The translations under genes and the position numbers were made by a program. A stretch of DNA of 64,000 bases, taken from Acidobacteriota bacterium. GTDB taxonomy: Bacteria; Acidobacteriota; UBA890; WLXD01. The stretch covers positions 1,472,001-1,536,000 of the forward strand of contig CBDFKD010000002.1 in the NCBI GenBank assembly GCA_965248695.1, given 5' to 3'. The notes beneath the pieces were generated by a model that searched no databases, was not told the DNA's origin, and saw only the letters and a list, made by a program, of their open reading frames with translations. How positions within the stretch are numbered: position 1 is the stretch's first letter; each line of letters begins with the position of its first letter. Below are positions 8,528 to 17,811 of the stretch, piece after piece.

Positions 8528-10647
8528 TGCTGGGCTCCAGAGCGCTTCCGGAGGATTCGCTCCATGCCGTGAATCCTGATATCGATCAGGTCCTTCGCGG
8601 TCAGGTCGTCGTACCCGGCCTCGCGAAGCTCCTGCACCAGCGCAGCGCTGACACCGTGTATCCGCATTCGCTTGAGTGTCTCGAATGACAGCTCCTCGGC
8701 CAGCGACGACGACATCGCCGCGGCGAACTCGGGAGAGATCCCGTGGATGCGCGCCGCGACCAGTTCATCCAGACCGAGATCCGCGCCGAAGGCGGCACGC
8801 AGCTCGCTAGCGTACGAGCCCGATACCCCGTGGATCCGCAGCTTGATCAGCGCGTCGACATCAGGCTGGCTGCCCAGCAGGTCGGTCATCTCCTCGACGA
8901 GCTCGGGTCCGACGCCGTGAATCCTCATCTTCTTGAGCTGCTCGAAATCGAGCGATGCGCCGAGCAGCGTCGACATCCTGCCGGCGAACTCTGCCGACAC
9001 GCCGTGGATCCGGGCGGTGATCAAGTCCTGCATCTGCATCTCGGCTCCGAACGAGCTCCGCATGTCGCGTGCGAACTCTCCCGAGACACCATGGATCCGC
9101 AACTTCACGAGCTGCTCGATGTCCAGACCAGCGCCGAAGAGGTTGCTCATCTCGTCGATGAACTCCGCGCTGATGCCGTGGATCCGCATCTTGATCAGCT
9201 GGTCGATGGACGGACGCGGCTCCTGGGCTGCCGACCACCCGCCAAAAGGAGTCGCGCTGAAGGGAACTGAGCCGAAGGGTGTGGGGCCGGGAGCCGTGCG
9301 TTCGGCTGGCGCGTGTCGGATGACGGCGTCTCCGATAGTCGCTTGCCCAATGACGGCCTTTTCCACCGGCACCGGAGCCGGAGCCGCTGGCTGCTGGACG
9401 GCACGAGGCGCGGCCGGCGTCGACTGCAACTCCGACCTCAGTTTCAGTGTCGGGACCAGTTGCGCGCTTGCGGGGGTAGCCGACGGCGTTGGCGCAGCGG
9501 CCTCGGTCGCCACCGGCTGCAGTGCGGCCAGGGGCACGATCAGGGCAAGAGATGCGGTTGCCAGGGACACGATGGTTCTCCGATTCGGGGAGGTTCTGCC
9601 GGCGTTGGGATCGAGAATCGCCTGCACCCACTGGCGCAGACGAGTGGAGCGCAGTAGCGCGATGGCGACGCCCGGCTGTGACGCATGGTGCATCGTCCGC
9701 GCCACTTCGACGAGGTGAGCGGCGTAGGTCGATGGCCTGAAGCCGGCGTGCAACACGACGTCATCGCAAGCGTGCTCCCGCTCACGGTGCAACCGCCGGC
9801 GCGCCATCCAGACGAGGGGATTGAACCAGTAGACGGAAACAGCCAGATGGGCGATCAGCTGGGTGGCGTAGTCGCGGCGGCGCACATGCGCCAACTCGTG
9901 GAGCAATACCGCAGTCTGGCAATCGGTCGACCAGCGTTGCATTCCGCTCGGCACGAGCACACGCGGACTCCACAGCTGCCAGGTCACCGGAACAGCGATC
10001 CGATCGCTCTGCAGCAAGAGCACGCGTTGGCGTATTCCGAGGCGCCGCGCCGCGTCGTGCAGGCGCGCATGCAGTGGGCCGCCGGTCACCGGACGGGATC
10101 CGCGCTCAATCCAGACAACTCGACCGAGGCCCGCGATCAGCTGGCCGAACAGTATGGCCGCGCCGGTAGCCCAGGCGACCAGCAGCAGCTCGGCACGATG
10201 TGCCTGGATACCGTTCGTTGGTAGCCCGATCGCTTCCGGTTGCGACCCGATTGCGGGTGGGCGATAGACGCTCGTAGCATCCACGACAACCCGTTCAGCT
10301 GACCTCTCGCCCATCGGCGGCAACTCGGTCCCGCGCCCGTCGCCGGCCACCTCGGTATCGGTCTCTAGCGACCAGGGAGGCGTCTGCCAGCTTGGTGCCG
10401 TTTGCCGCGGCGCCGGCGCCGATGGCGGCCCGGCCGAGGTGCTGGAGGTTGCTACCGCCGGCAGGAGCGGAACCTCCCAGGCCGGAACCAGGACCGAGAG
10501 GAGAGGCAACAACAGCGTCGCGACGATGCCAGCGCTCCACACCAGGGCACGTGTCCCGGACGAGCTGCGCCGGAGCATCCAGGCGACGGCCGCCGTGGTC
10601 ACCATCGCCATCGTCACCCTGACTGTCAGATCGGCTAGCAGCAGCAT
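8524..10647 (-). CDS. BlaR1/MecR1-like M56 metallopeptidase signal transducer with C-terminal repeat domain
   Basis: TM helices, LLHELAHVRRRD zinc motif, YWFNPLVW, REREHACDD; Pro/Ala linker, then eight RIHG repeats. Confidence 0.9.
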   Translation of the reverse strand: MLLLADLTVRVTMAMVTTAAVAWMLRRSSSGTRALVWSAGIVATLLLPLLSVLVPAWEVPLLPAVATSSTSAGPPSAPAPRQTAPSWQTPPWSLETDTEVAGDGRGTELPPMGERSAERVVVDATSVYRPPAIGSQPEAIGLPTNGIQAHRAELLLVAWATGAAILFGQLIAGLGRVVWIERGSRPVTGGPLHARLHDAARRLGIRQRVLLLQSDRIAVPVTWQLWSPRVLVPSGMQRWSTDCQTAVLLHELAHVRRRDYATQLIAHLAVSVYWFNPLVWMARRRLHREREHACDDVVLHAGFRPSTYAAHLVEVARTMHHASQPGVAIALLRSTRLRQWVQAILDPNAGRTSPNRRTIVSLATASLALIVPLAALQPVATEAAAPTPSATPASAQLVPTLKLRSELQSTPAAPRAVQQPAAPAPVPVEKAVIGQATIGDAVIRHAPAERTAPGPTPFGSVPFSATPFGGWSAAQEPRPSIDQLIKMRIHGISAEFIDEMSNLFGAGLDIEQLVKLRIHGVSGEFARDMRSSFGAEMQMQDLITARIHGVSAEFAGRMSTLLGASLDFEQLKKMRIHGVGPELVEEMTDLLGSQPDVDALIKLRIHGVSGSYASELRAAFGADLGLDELVAARIHGISPEFAAAMSSSLAEELSFETLKRMRIHGVSAALVQELREAGYDDLTAKDLIDIRIHGMERILRKRSGAQQ
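8560..9213 (-). repeat. Intragenic tandem repeat, 8 x 29 aa (87 nt), consensus L-x-x-L-x-K-x-RIHG-[VI]-S-x-E-F
   Basis: RIHG recurs at 29-residue spacing in the translation; CCGTGGAT-like motifs recur on the + strand. Confidence 0.9.
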
Positions 10648-10648
10648 C

Positions 10649-11035
10649 TCAACGGCCTTCCCGTCGAGCTGCGGCAATCATGTCGCGCAGCTGGTCGATC
10701 TCATCATCAGGAAGATCTTCGGCACACTCGAGCAGCGCCGCCACAGCCCGGCTCGTCGAGCCTTCGAAGAATGTGGTCAGCAGCCGGCGAGCGGCATCGC
10801 GCTGCGCCGAGCGCCGTGAGACCGTTGGCCAGAAAACGTAATGGTGGCTACGGCGCTCGTGTCGCAGATGCCCTTTCTGCTCCAGCACGCTCAGTGCCGC
10901 GCGTACGGCCGAATAGCTCGGCGGGTCCGGAATCTCGGCACGGATCTCCGCCGCCGTGGCACTTCCCCGCCGGAAGACCACATCCATGATCTGACGCTCG
11001 CGTCGCGTCAAATGCTCGTGAGATCGGCTGGCCAT
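10649..11035 (-). CDS. blaI: BlaI/MecI/CopY-family transcriptional repressor
   Basis: LTRRERQIMDVVF, PPSYSAVRA, LEQKGHL, TFFEGS motifs; directly upstream of the M56 gene. Confidence 0.9.
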   Translation of the reverse strand: MASRSHEHLTRRERQIMDVVFRRGSATAAEIRAEIPDPPSYSAVRAALSVLEQKGHLRHERRSHHYVFWPTVSRRSAQRDAARRLLTTFFEGSTSRAVAALLECAEDLPDDEIDQLRDMIAAARREGR

Positions 11036-11090
11036 CGCTGCAAGCCACGAGGGGGATCGGGCGGTGCGTGCTCAACAGGCACGCTGAAAC

Positions 11091-11148
11091 TGCTGCAAAT
11101 CTAGCATTTCAATCCACACCGTCAAGCGACTTTGCAGTTTTTCCAGCA
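11091..11148 (-). promoter_or_regulatory. Putative sigma70 promoter (TTGACG-N16-TAGATT) with two TGCW-N8-AGCA operator-like palindromes
   Basis: TGCTGCAAATCTAGCA at 11091-11106 overlaps the -10; TGCAGTTTTTCCAGCA at 11133-11148; -35 at 11120-11125. Confidence 0.55.
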
Positions 11149-11170
11149 TTTTCGTCGCCGCTCCGGCCGC

Positions 11171-12298
11171 CTAGTGAAGGAACAGATCGACGATTTGCTG
11201 AGTCGGAAAACCGGGGGCGCCACTCATGTTGCTGATGATGGCGATCACGAGCCCGTCGTCCGGCAACAGCATGAGGCCGGTGGTACCGCCCACCGAACCG
11301 CCACCATGACCTACGGTGCGGCGGCCAGCGCTGTCCGTGCCGACCGTCCAGCCAATTCCGTAGCCAGTTTCGGCGCCATCGCTGGTTCGCTGCGACGTCT
11401 GCCACTGGCGCAACGTCGCTGCCTCCAGGAAGCCGGGGCCGATGTGCGCCATGCCGAACCGCACCAGATCCTGTGCCGTGGAGACAAAGCCGCCCCCGGC
11501 CCACTTGTAGCTGTTGTCAACCCACGGGGCGTTATACAGCAGACCGTCATCCCGGCGCTCGTAGGGCCGGACTCGCTCGGGAACAATCAAGTGGTTCTGA
11601 TCGGCAGCCGTGTCGAGCATACCGAGGGGCTCGAAAACGCGGCTTTGCATCTGTGGGAGGAAGTCCTCGCCGCTGGCCCCCTCGATCACGGCGCTGATCA
11701 GATTCCATCCGTAGCTCGTGTACTGGTACTCGGTACCCGGCTCGAACTCCAACGGGTCGGCGGCGAAGATCGCCAGCCCATCCAAGACAGTGTCGTAGTG
11801 GACCGCGCTGAGGAACTCATCGCCCTCGTAGTCGCGAATGCCGGCGAGATGGCCAGCGAGCAGGCGCGTCGAGATCGGGGATCTCTTGTCGGGAAAGGTC
11901 GGCACATATACCTGCACCGGCGCGTCGAGATCGATCTTGCCCTCCTCGTAGAGCAGACCGAGCAACGACGCGGTCATCGGCTTGGCGACGCTGCCGACGC
12001 GAAATCGGGAGGTGGGCCGTACCGCGACTCGCTGTTCGATATCGGCCCACCCGAATCCCTCAGCCCAGACGATCGTGCCGTCGATGCCAACCGCGATCGA
12101 TAGCCCGGGGTACTCCAACAGCCGTTCGTGAATCACGGCGCGCGCCGCCTCGATGGCGGCACCGTGCGCCGAGTGGCGCTGCTGAGCGTATTGCGCCGCC
12201 CCTGCCCGGCCGGCGAGGATCGCCGGTCCGCAGGCCGCGGCGACCACAAGCAAGAGGGCAAACCGTCGGTAGAACCACCGAGATCCGCGTGTCTTCAT
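11171..12298 (-). CDS. Serine hydrolase, class C beta-lactamase-like family
   Basis: FRVGSVAK (SxxK), YQYTS, GHGG motifs; signal peptide. Confidence 0.88.
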   Translation of the reverse strand: MKTRGSRWFYRRFALLLVVAAACGPAILAGRAGAAQYAQQRHSAHGAAIEAARAVIHERLLEYPGLSIAVGIDGTIVWAEGFGWADIEQRVAVRPTSRFRVGSVAKPMTASLLGLLYEEGKIDLDAPVQVYVPTFPDKRSPISTRLLAGHLAGIRDYEGDEFLSAVHYDTVLDGLAIFAADPLEFEPGTEYQYTSYGWNLISAVIEGASGEDFLPQMQSRVFEPLGMLDTAADQNHLIVPERVRPYERRDDGLLYNAPWVDNSYKWAGGGFVSTAQDLVRFGMAHIGPGFLEAATLRQWQTSQRTSDGAETGYGIGWTVGTDSAGRRTVGHGGGSVGGTTGLMLLPDDGLVIAIISNMSGAPGFPTQQIVDLFLH

Positions 12299-12317
12299 GC
12301 CGATCGCTCCCTTACTG

Positions 12318-13277
12318 CTAGGCGAGAAAGTCAACTTCCAGACCGACTCCTGCCGCACGAGCCTGCTCGTAGACGAGGCGTGCCAAGGCAACGTCCTGCA
12401 CCGCCAGGCCGGTGGAGTCGAACACGGTTACCTCGTCGTCGGTCTCGCGACCCGATGCTTGCCCGGCGACGATCTCTCCCAGGGCAGCGTGAATGCCCTC
12501 TCTGGTCAGCGAGCCGTCGTGCAGCGGAACGTTCACCTCGCCGCTCTCACAGGCCTGATGCCAGTCATCGATCACTACCTTGGCCGCCGCCATCAAGCTG
12601 GATTCGAGCTCTTGCTTGCCATGCGCGTCGGCGCCCATCGCATTGATATGAGCACCGGGCTTGACCCACTCGTGGCGCACGATCGGCGTGCGCGAGGGGG
12701 TTGCCGTACACACGATGTCGCAGGCTGCGGCGTCAGCCACCTCGCCGACAGACCCACCAACCTCGGCAGCGAAGGCCGCCGCCGCGTCCGCATGTCGATC
12801 GGACGCCACCACCTCCAGTTGGTCGAAAACTACGTGCAGAGCATCGAGCAGAGTGCGCGCCTGCACACCGCAACCGACAAATCCGACCGTACGGGCGTCG
12901 GGTCGCGCAAGGTACTTGGCAGCGACGCCGGCCGATGCGCCGGTGCGCAGCGCGGTGATCAGGGTGGCATCCATGACCGCCAGCGGCCTGGCAGTGGCCG
13001 GATCACTGAGGATGTACATCCCGAGCACCGAGGGCAACCCGTGGGTCTCCGGGTTGTGCGGATGGGAGTTCACCCATTTCACGCCGGCCGACCCGTCCAT
13101 GTAGGCGGGCATGGCACGGAAGTCGCCCTGATACTGCGGCAAGTCGAGGTAGACCTTCACCGGCATCTGCGTTTCGCCGCGCCCGTGCGCCTCGAATGCC
13201 GCCTCGATCGCCGGAACCACGGAGCTCATGTTCACCACGGAGCGAATGTCGGACTGCGTCAGAATCAGCGACTTCAC
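12318..13277 (-). CDS. Ornithine cyclodeaminase/mu-crystallin family protein (archaeal-type alanine dehydrogenase-like)
   Basis: GDFRAMPAY, GVKWVNSHP, TALRTGA, GCGVQA, FDSTGLAVQD motifs; GTG start at 13277. Confidence 0.88.
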   Translation of the reverse strand: MKSLILTQSDIRSVVNMSSVVPAIEAAFEAHGRGETQMPVKVYLDLPQYQGDFRAMPAYMDGSAGVKWVNSHPHNPETHGLPSVLGMYILSDPATARPLAVMDATLITALRTGASAGVAAKYLARPDARTVGFVGCGVQARTLLDALHVVFDQLEVVASDRHADAAAAFAAEVGGSVGEVADAAACDIVCTATPSRTPIVRHEWVKPGAHINAMGADAHGKQELESSLMAAAKVVIDDWHQACESGEVNVPLHDGSLTREGIHAALGEIVAGQASGRETDDEVTVFDSTGLAVQDVALARLVYEQARAAGVGLEVDFLA

Positions 13278-13338
13278 GGCGTTCTCACAAGTGCAAGAGG
13301 GGCGGGTCGTGGTCGGCGCATTCGGTAGACTGCCGCGC

Positions 13339-16033
13339 ATGATACGTCGCGTGCTGGCGCGCGCCGAGTCGTTGGTACTCGATTATCCGCGCCCCGTCCT
13401 GATCGTCGCGGCGGCGCTCTGTGCCATCTCCATCTGGCTGGGAGCCGGGATCGAGCTGATCACCTCGCGCGAGGAGCTGGTGCCGGAGGGAGATATCAGC
13501 TGGGCGCGTTGGACCGAGTTGCGGACGCAGTTTGCCAGTGCGGAGCCGCTGATTCTCGCACTTGAACCGAGCGCGGAGCATGTGACGGTCGATGACCTGG
13601 AGATCGCTGCAGGCGATATTGGCGGGTTGCTCGAAGCCGACCCGCTGGTGCGCAGCGTGTTCTACCGAATCGACTTCGACTGGTTGGCGGACCAGGCGCT
13701 GGCGCTGGCGCCCGCCAGCGATGTCGACGAGGCGGTCGAGACGCTGCAGCGGCTGTTTGCCGTCGACGGGACACTGACCCTGACGGGCTGGGCGGATCTC
13801 AACGAGCGGATTGCCGACGAGCTCGAGAGCTCACTCCAGTCCGGCGCTGTCCTGTCGGCTGACGCCGCCACCGCGGCCGCCCGCTGGTTGCCGGCGATCG
13901 TCGAAGCCGAGCTCGACTTTCTTGAGGATCCTCAGCGGTTGATCGAGCTTCTGAAGCATCCATCCCGATTGCTGGTCGACGCCGAGCGGCCGGGATCCTT
14001 GACCGGCAACGGTTACCTGTCTACCGATGACGAGCGTTTCGTGTTCGTCCTCATCAACCCGGCGTCGACCGATGGCAGCCTGAGTGCCCAGCGCGCCCTG
14101 GTCGACAGCGTCCGTGCAGCCGCCCGCACCGCTCTGTCGGATCGACCGGGTATTCGTTACGGCCTGACCGGACCGGCCGCGATGACCGTCGAGGAGATGA
14201 ACGCCATCGGTCGAGACGGCCGCCGCACGTCGTGGATCGCCATCCTCGGCGTTCTCGCGGTCTCGTTGCTGGTCTTCCGCCGTCGCCGCCACGCGCTGCT
14301 GTGCCTGGGAACGCTGGCCGCCGGCGTCGTGTGGTCCATCGGCGCGGTACGGCTCGAGATCGGATCGCTGAACGTCATCACCACAGCGTTGGTTCCTATC
14401 CTCATCGGCATGGGAATCGACTATGCCGTGCACCCACTCTCTCAGTACGAGCTCGAGCGTCAACAGCTAGGGCGACGACAGGCCGTGCGCGCCATGCTCC
14501 GCAAGACGCGTGCGGCGGTGATCGCATCGGCGTTCACGCACGCCGCTGCATTCGCCTGCCTGATGCTGATGGAGTTCCGCGGCTTCTCCCAGCTAGGGCT
14601 CGTCACCAGCGTCGGCGTACTGCTCTGCCTGCTGGCGGCGCTGCTGGTACTACCGGCACTGTTGCTCCTGGGCGGCGCCCCCGGCCGCGACGAGGGCAGA
14701 GGTCGGGCTGCCGTGGACCAGCTGTGGGACGCACGCGCCGCCCGCTGGGTCTGCAAATCGCCGCGCGTCGTCATCGTGCTGGCAATCGGTGCAACGGCGG
14801 TCGCACGGCTCGCGGCAACGGGCGTGCGGCTACAGTCGAGCCTGCTCGAGCTGCTGCCGGCGGGCGCCGAGTCGCTGCGATATCTGGAGATCATCAACAA
14901 CGAGTCGGCCTTGAGCCACGACTTCAACCTCGTGGTTGCCGACAATCTGGACCAACTGCGTGCGCTGCGTACCCGGGCCGGTGACGCACCCAGCATCCGG
15001 CGGTTCGAATCGATCCTCACTTTTCTGCCCGAGGAGCCGCCAGCCTCCGAGGCCGTGGCGGCACGCGCGCGCCAGGTTCTAGAGGCTATCGAGATCGCCG
15101 GCGGGACGTTCGACGGCCGACGGCTGCAAGCGTCCCTGTCGCGCCTCGAGCCGTTGCTGGCAGATGCCGCCGACGAGGCGTTCGTTGCCGGCCAGGCGAC
15201 GGCATCTGGCGCGCTGGAGACGGCACGCCAAGCGGCCGAAGCGGCGCTCCAACTGACGGCCGGCGCCGATCCGCAGCAACTAGCCAGGTGGGCCGCAGCG
15301 GACGGCGACCTCCACCGCGCAGCCAGCGTGGCACTGAAGCGCTTGCAACAAGCGGCCACCACGCCACTTCCGACCCGGGAAACTCTTCCGGCCAACATCG
15401 TCGACCGCTTTGTTACCGAACGAGGGCTGTACGTCGCCTATCTGTATCCGGCAGGCGACATCTACGACACCGACTTCCTGCGCCAGTTCAACGCTGCATC
15501 GGCGCGAATCGCCACCAACGCCATCGGCTTTCCGGTGCTGTTCGAGAACCACTCCGCCATGATCACCTCCGGCTTCGGGCTCGCGTTCGCCGCCGCCGCG
15601 CTGATGGTGTTCCTGGTACTGCTCCTCGATCTGCGCAACACGCGCCACACGTTGCTGGCGCTGGTGCCGGTGTTCGTCGGCACGATCTGGATGCTCGGCT
15701 TCATGCGGGCTTTCGGCCTGGCGTTCAACTTCGCCAACCTGGTGGCGGTGCCCATCGTGCTCGGCGTTGGCATCGATGCAGGCGTCCACATCGTCCACCG
15801 CATGCGATTGGAGGGCGACGACGGCATCATGACTGCCGTCACCCATACCGGTCGTGCGATCCTCATCGCGTCGCTGACCACCATGGTGGGCTTCGGTAGC
15901 CTGGTGTTCGCGAGCCACCGCGGCATGGCGTAGCCTCGGGGCGCTCTTGCTGGTGGGAGTCGGCGCGTGCACGATCGCCGCCCTGTTCGTGTTGCCGAAC
16001 CTGTTGATCGTGTGCCGCATCGCGCGCCGCTGA
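13339..16033 (+). CDS. MMPL/RND lipid transporter (HpnN/BstA-like); +1 frameshift at about 15931 removes the last TM helix
   Basis: Two RND halves with IGMGIDYAVH and LGVGIDAGVH; after SHRGMA an extra base gives TAG, and the shifted frame continues SLGALLLVGVGACTIAALFVLPNLL to TGA 16031-16033. Confidence 0.85.
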
Positions 16034-16074
16034 CCATCGGCGGCTATTCTTGCCGTCGGTACCGACCACTCACG

Positions 16075-16968
16075 ATGAAGGAACTTCTGACCAGAATGAC
16101 CAAGCTTCTCCTGGCGGCGACCCTGTTCGCGATGACGACGGCGGCCCCGGTCGTCGACGCGGCAAGCCCCGTCCGCGAGTTGGAGACCGCCGGGACCCTC
16201 AGGATCGTCGCCTGCGCGCCGGGGTATCCGAGCAACACCGAGCAGGCTCAGCCGACAATGAACGACTTCGCGGCAATGGTCGCCGACGCTTCCGGATGGC
16301 CGCCCGGGATGCTGACGGCCGAGTACCATCCGAGCGAGGAGGCCAGGATAGCGCGTCTACGCGACAACGCCACCTCCCTGGCGCTGGTGCCGTTACCCCT
16401 CTTTCTGAAGTACGAGAAGGAGCTGGCGCTCACGGCACTCCTACAGGCAGTACAAGCGTCCGGGAGCTCCACCGAGCGCTGGAGCCTGGTGACCTCCGCC
16501 GGGTCGGTCGCCGGACCCGAGTCGCTCGACGGATGGGAGCTGCTCGGCCTCGCCGCATACGCGCCGCGCTTCGTGCGAGGACCGGCACTTTCGAGTTGGG
16601 GACGGCTACCGGATTCGCTCTCGGTCAGCTTCACTCGGCGGGTGCTCGCCGGCATCCGGCGGGCCGCCGCCGGCGAGCCGGTCGCGATGCTCCTGGACGG
16701 CGCTCAAACTGCCGCCCTGGCCTCGTTTCCTGATGCCGCGTCGCTCGAGGTGGTGGCAACCTCCCCGCCCTTGTTGAGCTGGCTCATCGTTGGCATCGGC
16801 GACCGAGTCGAGGAACGTCGTCGCCAGCAGCTGATGAGCGGGTTGCTGGGAGTGCACCGGTCGGCGAGCTTCGCCGACGTGCTCCAGACGATGCAGCTGC
16901 AGCGCTTCGAGGCGCTGGACACCGACGCGCTGGTGAGCGCACAGGCGGCGTATTCGGCGGCTCGATGA
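16075..16968 (+). CDS. PhnD-like periplasmic substrate-binding protein (BstB-like)
   Basis: Signal peptide; CAPGYPSNTEQAQPTMNDFA N-terminus; pattern resembles phosphonate-binding type II PBPs; lies between RND and TPR genes. Confidence 0.6.
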   Translation: MKELLTRMTKLLLAATLFAMTTAAPVVDAASPVRELETAGTLRIVACAPGYPSNTEQAQPTMNDFAAMVADASGWPPGMLTAEYHPSEEARIARLRDNATSLALVPLPLFLKYEKELALTALLQAVQASGSSTERWSLVTSAGSVAGPESLDGWELLGLAAYAPRFVRGPALSSWGRLPDSLSVSFTRRVLAGIRRAAAGEPVAMLLDGAQTAALASFPDAASLEVVATSPPLLSWLIVGIGDRVEERRRQQLMSGLLGVHRSASFADVLQTMQLQRFEALDTDALVSAQAAYSAAR

Positions 16969-17771
16969 TCCGCCGCCTGCCAGCCGTCGCGCTAGCGGCC
17001 GCTATCATTGTCACGATGGCGTGCGCTGCTGCGCTGCAGCCCCTCGATACGCGCTCGGCGTTGGGTCGCGTCGATCCGGAGCGCGTCGACGCCGCAGAGG
17101 CCGCCCGGCTGGCGGCTCGCGCCGAGCATGAGTTCGCCCGGCGACCCGATACCGACGCCGTGCGCCAGGCCGAAGAGCTCTGGATCAGCTCTGCCATCGC
17201 ACAGCCAACCAGCGCGGCGGCAGTCATTGGCGCGGTGAGGGCGCAGACCTGGCTAGCGGAGCACCTCGCCGAGGCGCGAGCACGCCAGGACAAGGCCACC
17301 GAAGCAGTGCAGACAGCGCAATGGTGTCGGCGGCGGGAACCGCTGAACCCCGACTGCCACTACTGGCTGGCCATCGCCGTCGGTGTGCAGGCGAACCAAC
17401 GGCGTGCCACCGCGTCGGACGGCGTGCGGGTGATGGACCGCGAGCTGCGCGCCGCTATTGTCGGGCACGAGGCTCTCGACTACGCCGGACCGCGACGCGT
17501 GCTGGCACAGATGCTGGTGCGAGCGCCGGGCTGGCCCACCGGCCCTGGTGACCCCGACGAGGGTCTGGAGCACGCACAACGGGCCGTCGAGCTATACCCC
17601 GACTACCCACCCAACCTGCTGGCACTGGCCGAAGCCTACGCCGAGGTCGACGAGCCGTCGGCCAGCCGTGACGCCTACAGCAAGGCGCTGGCACGGGCCA
17701 GGGAATGGCAGCAGCAGGGCCACCCCGACGCCGACGAGTGGATCGATAGTGCCCGCAACGCCGGCCGCTAG
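16965..17771 (+). CDS. TPR/TatT-like lipoprotein (BstC-like)
   Basis: Lipobox-like TMAC (Cys20); helical repeats CHYWLAIAVG, YAGPRRVLAQMLVRAPGWP, AVELYPDYPPNLLALAEAY; ATGA coupling to the upstream gene. Confidence 0.65.
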   Translation: MIRRLPAVALAAAIIVTMACAAALQPLDTRSALGRVDPERVDAAEAARLAARAEHEFARRPDTDAVRQAEELWISSAIAQPTSAAAVIGAVRAQTWLAEHLAEARARQDKATEAVQTAQWCRRREPLNPDCHYWLAIAVGVQANQRRATASDGVRVMDRELRAAIVGHEALDYAGPRRVLAQMLVRAPGWPTGPGDPDEGLEHAQRAVELYPDYPPNLLALAEAYAEVDEPSASRDAYSKALARAREWQQQGHPDADEWIDSARNAGR

Positions 17772-17811
17772 GGCCACCGCGGCCGCTAACTCCGCCGCGC
17801 CGGGGGCCTGG

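Noticed and set aside
8560-9213. 87-bp periodic repeat as a possible CRISPR array
   Set aside because: Degenerate in-frame protein repeat; no identical repeats with unique spacers and no cas genes
11171-12298. True beta-lactamase resistance gene controlled by BlaI/BlaR1
   Set aside because: Generic serine hydrolase motifs (YTS, HGG); it follows the OCD-family gene by 19 bp, the operators lie downstream of it, and the sensor lacks a penicillin-binding domain
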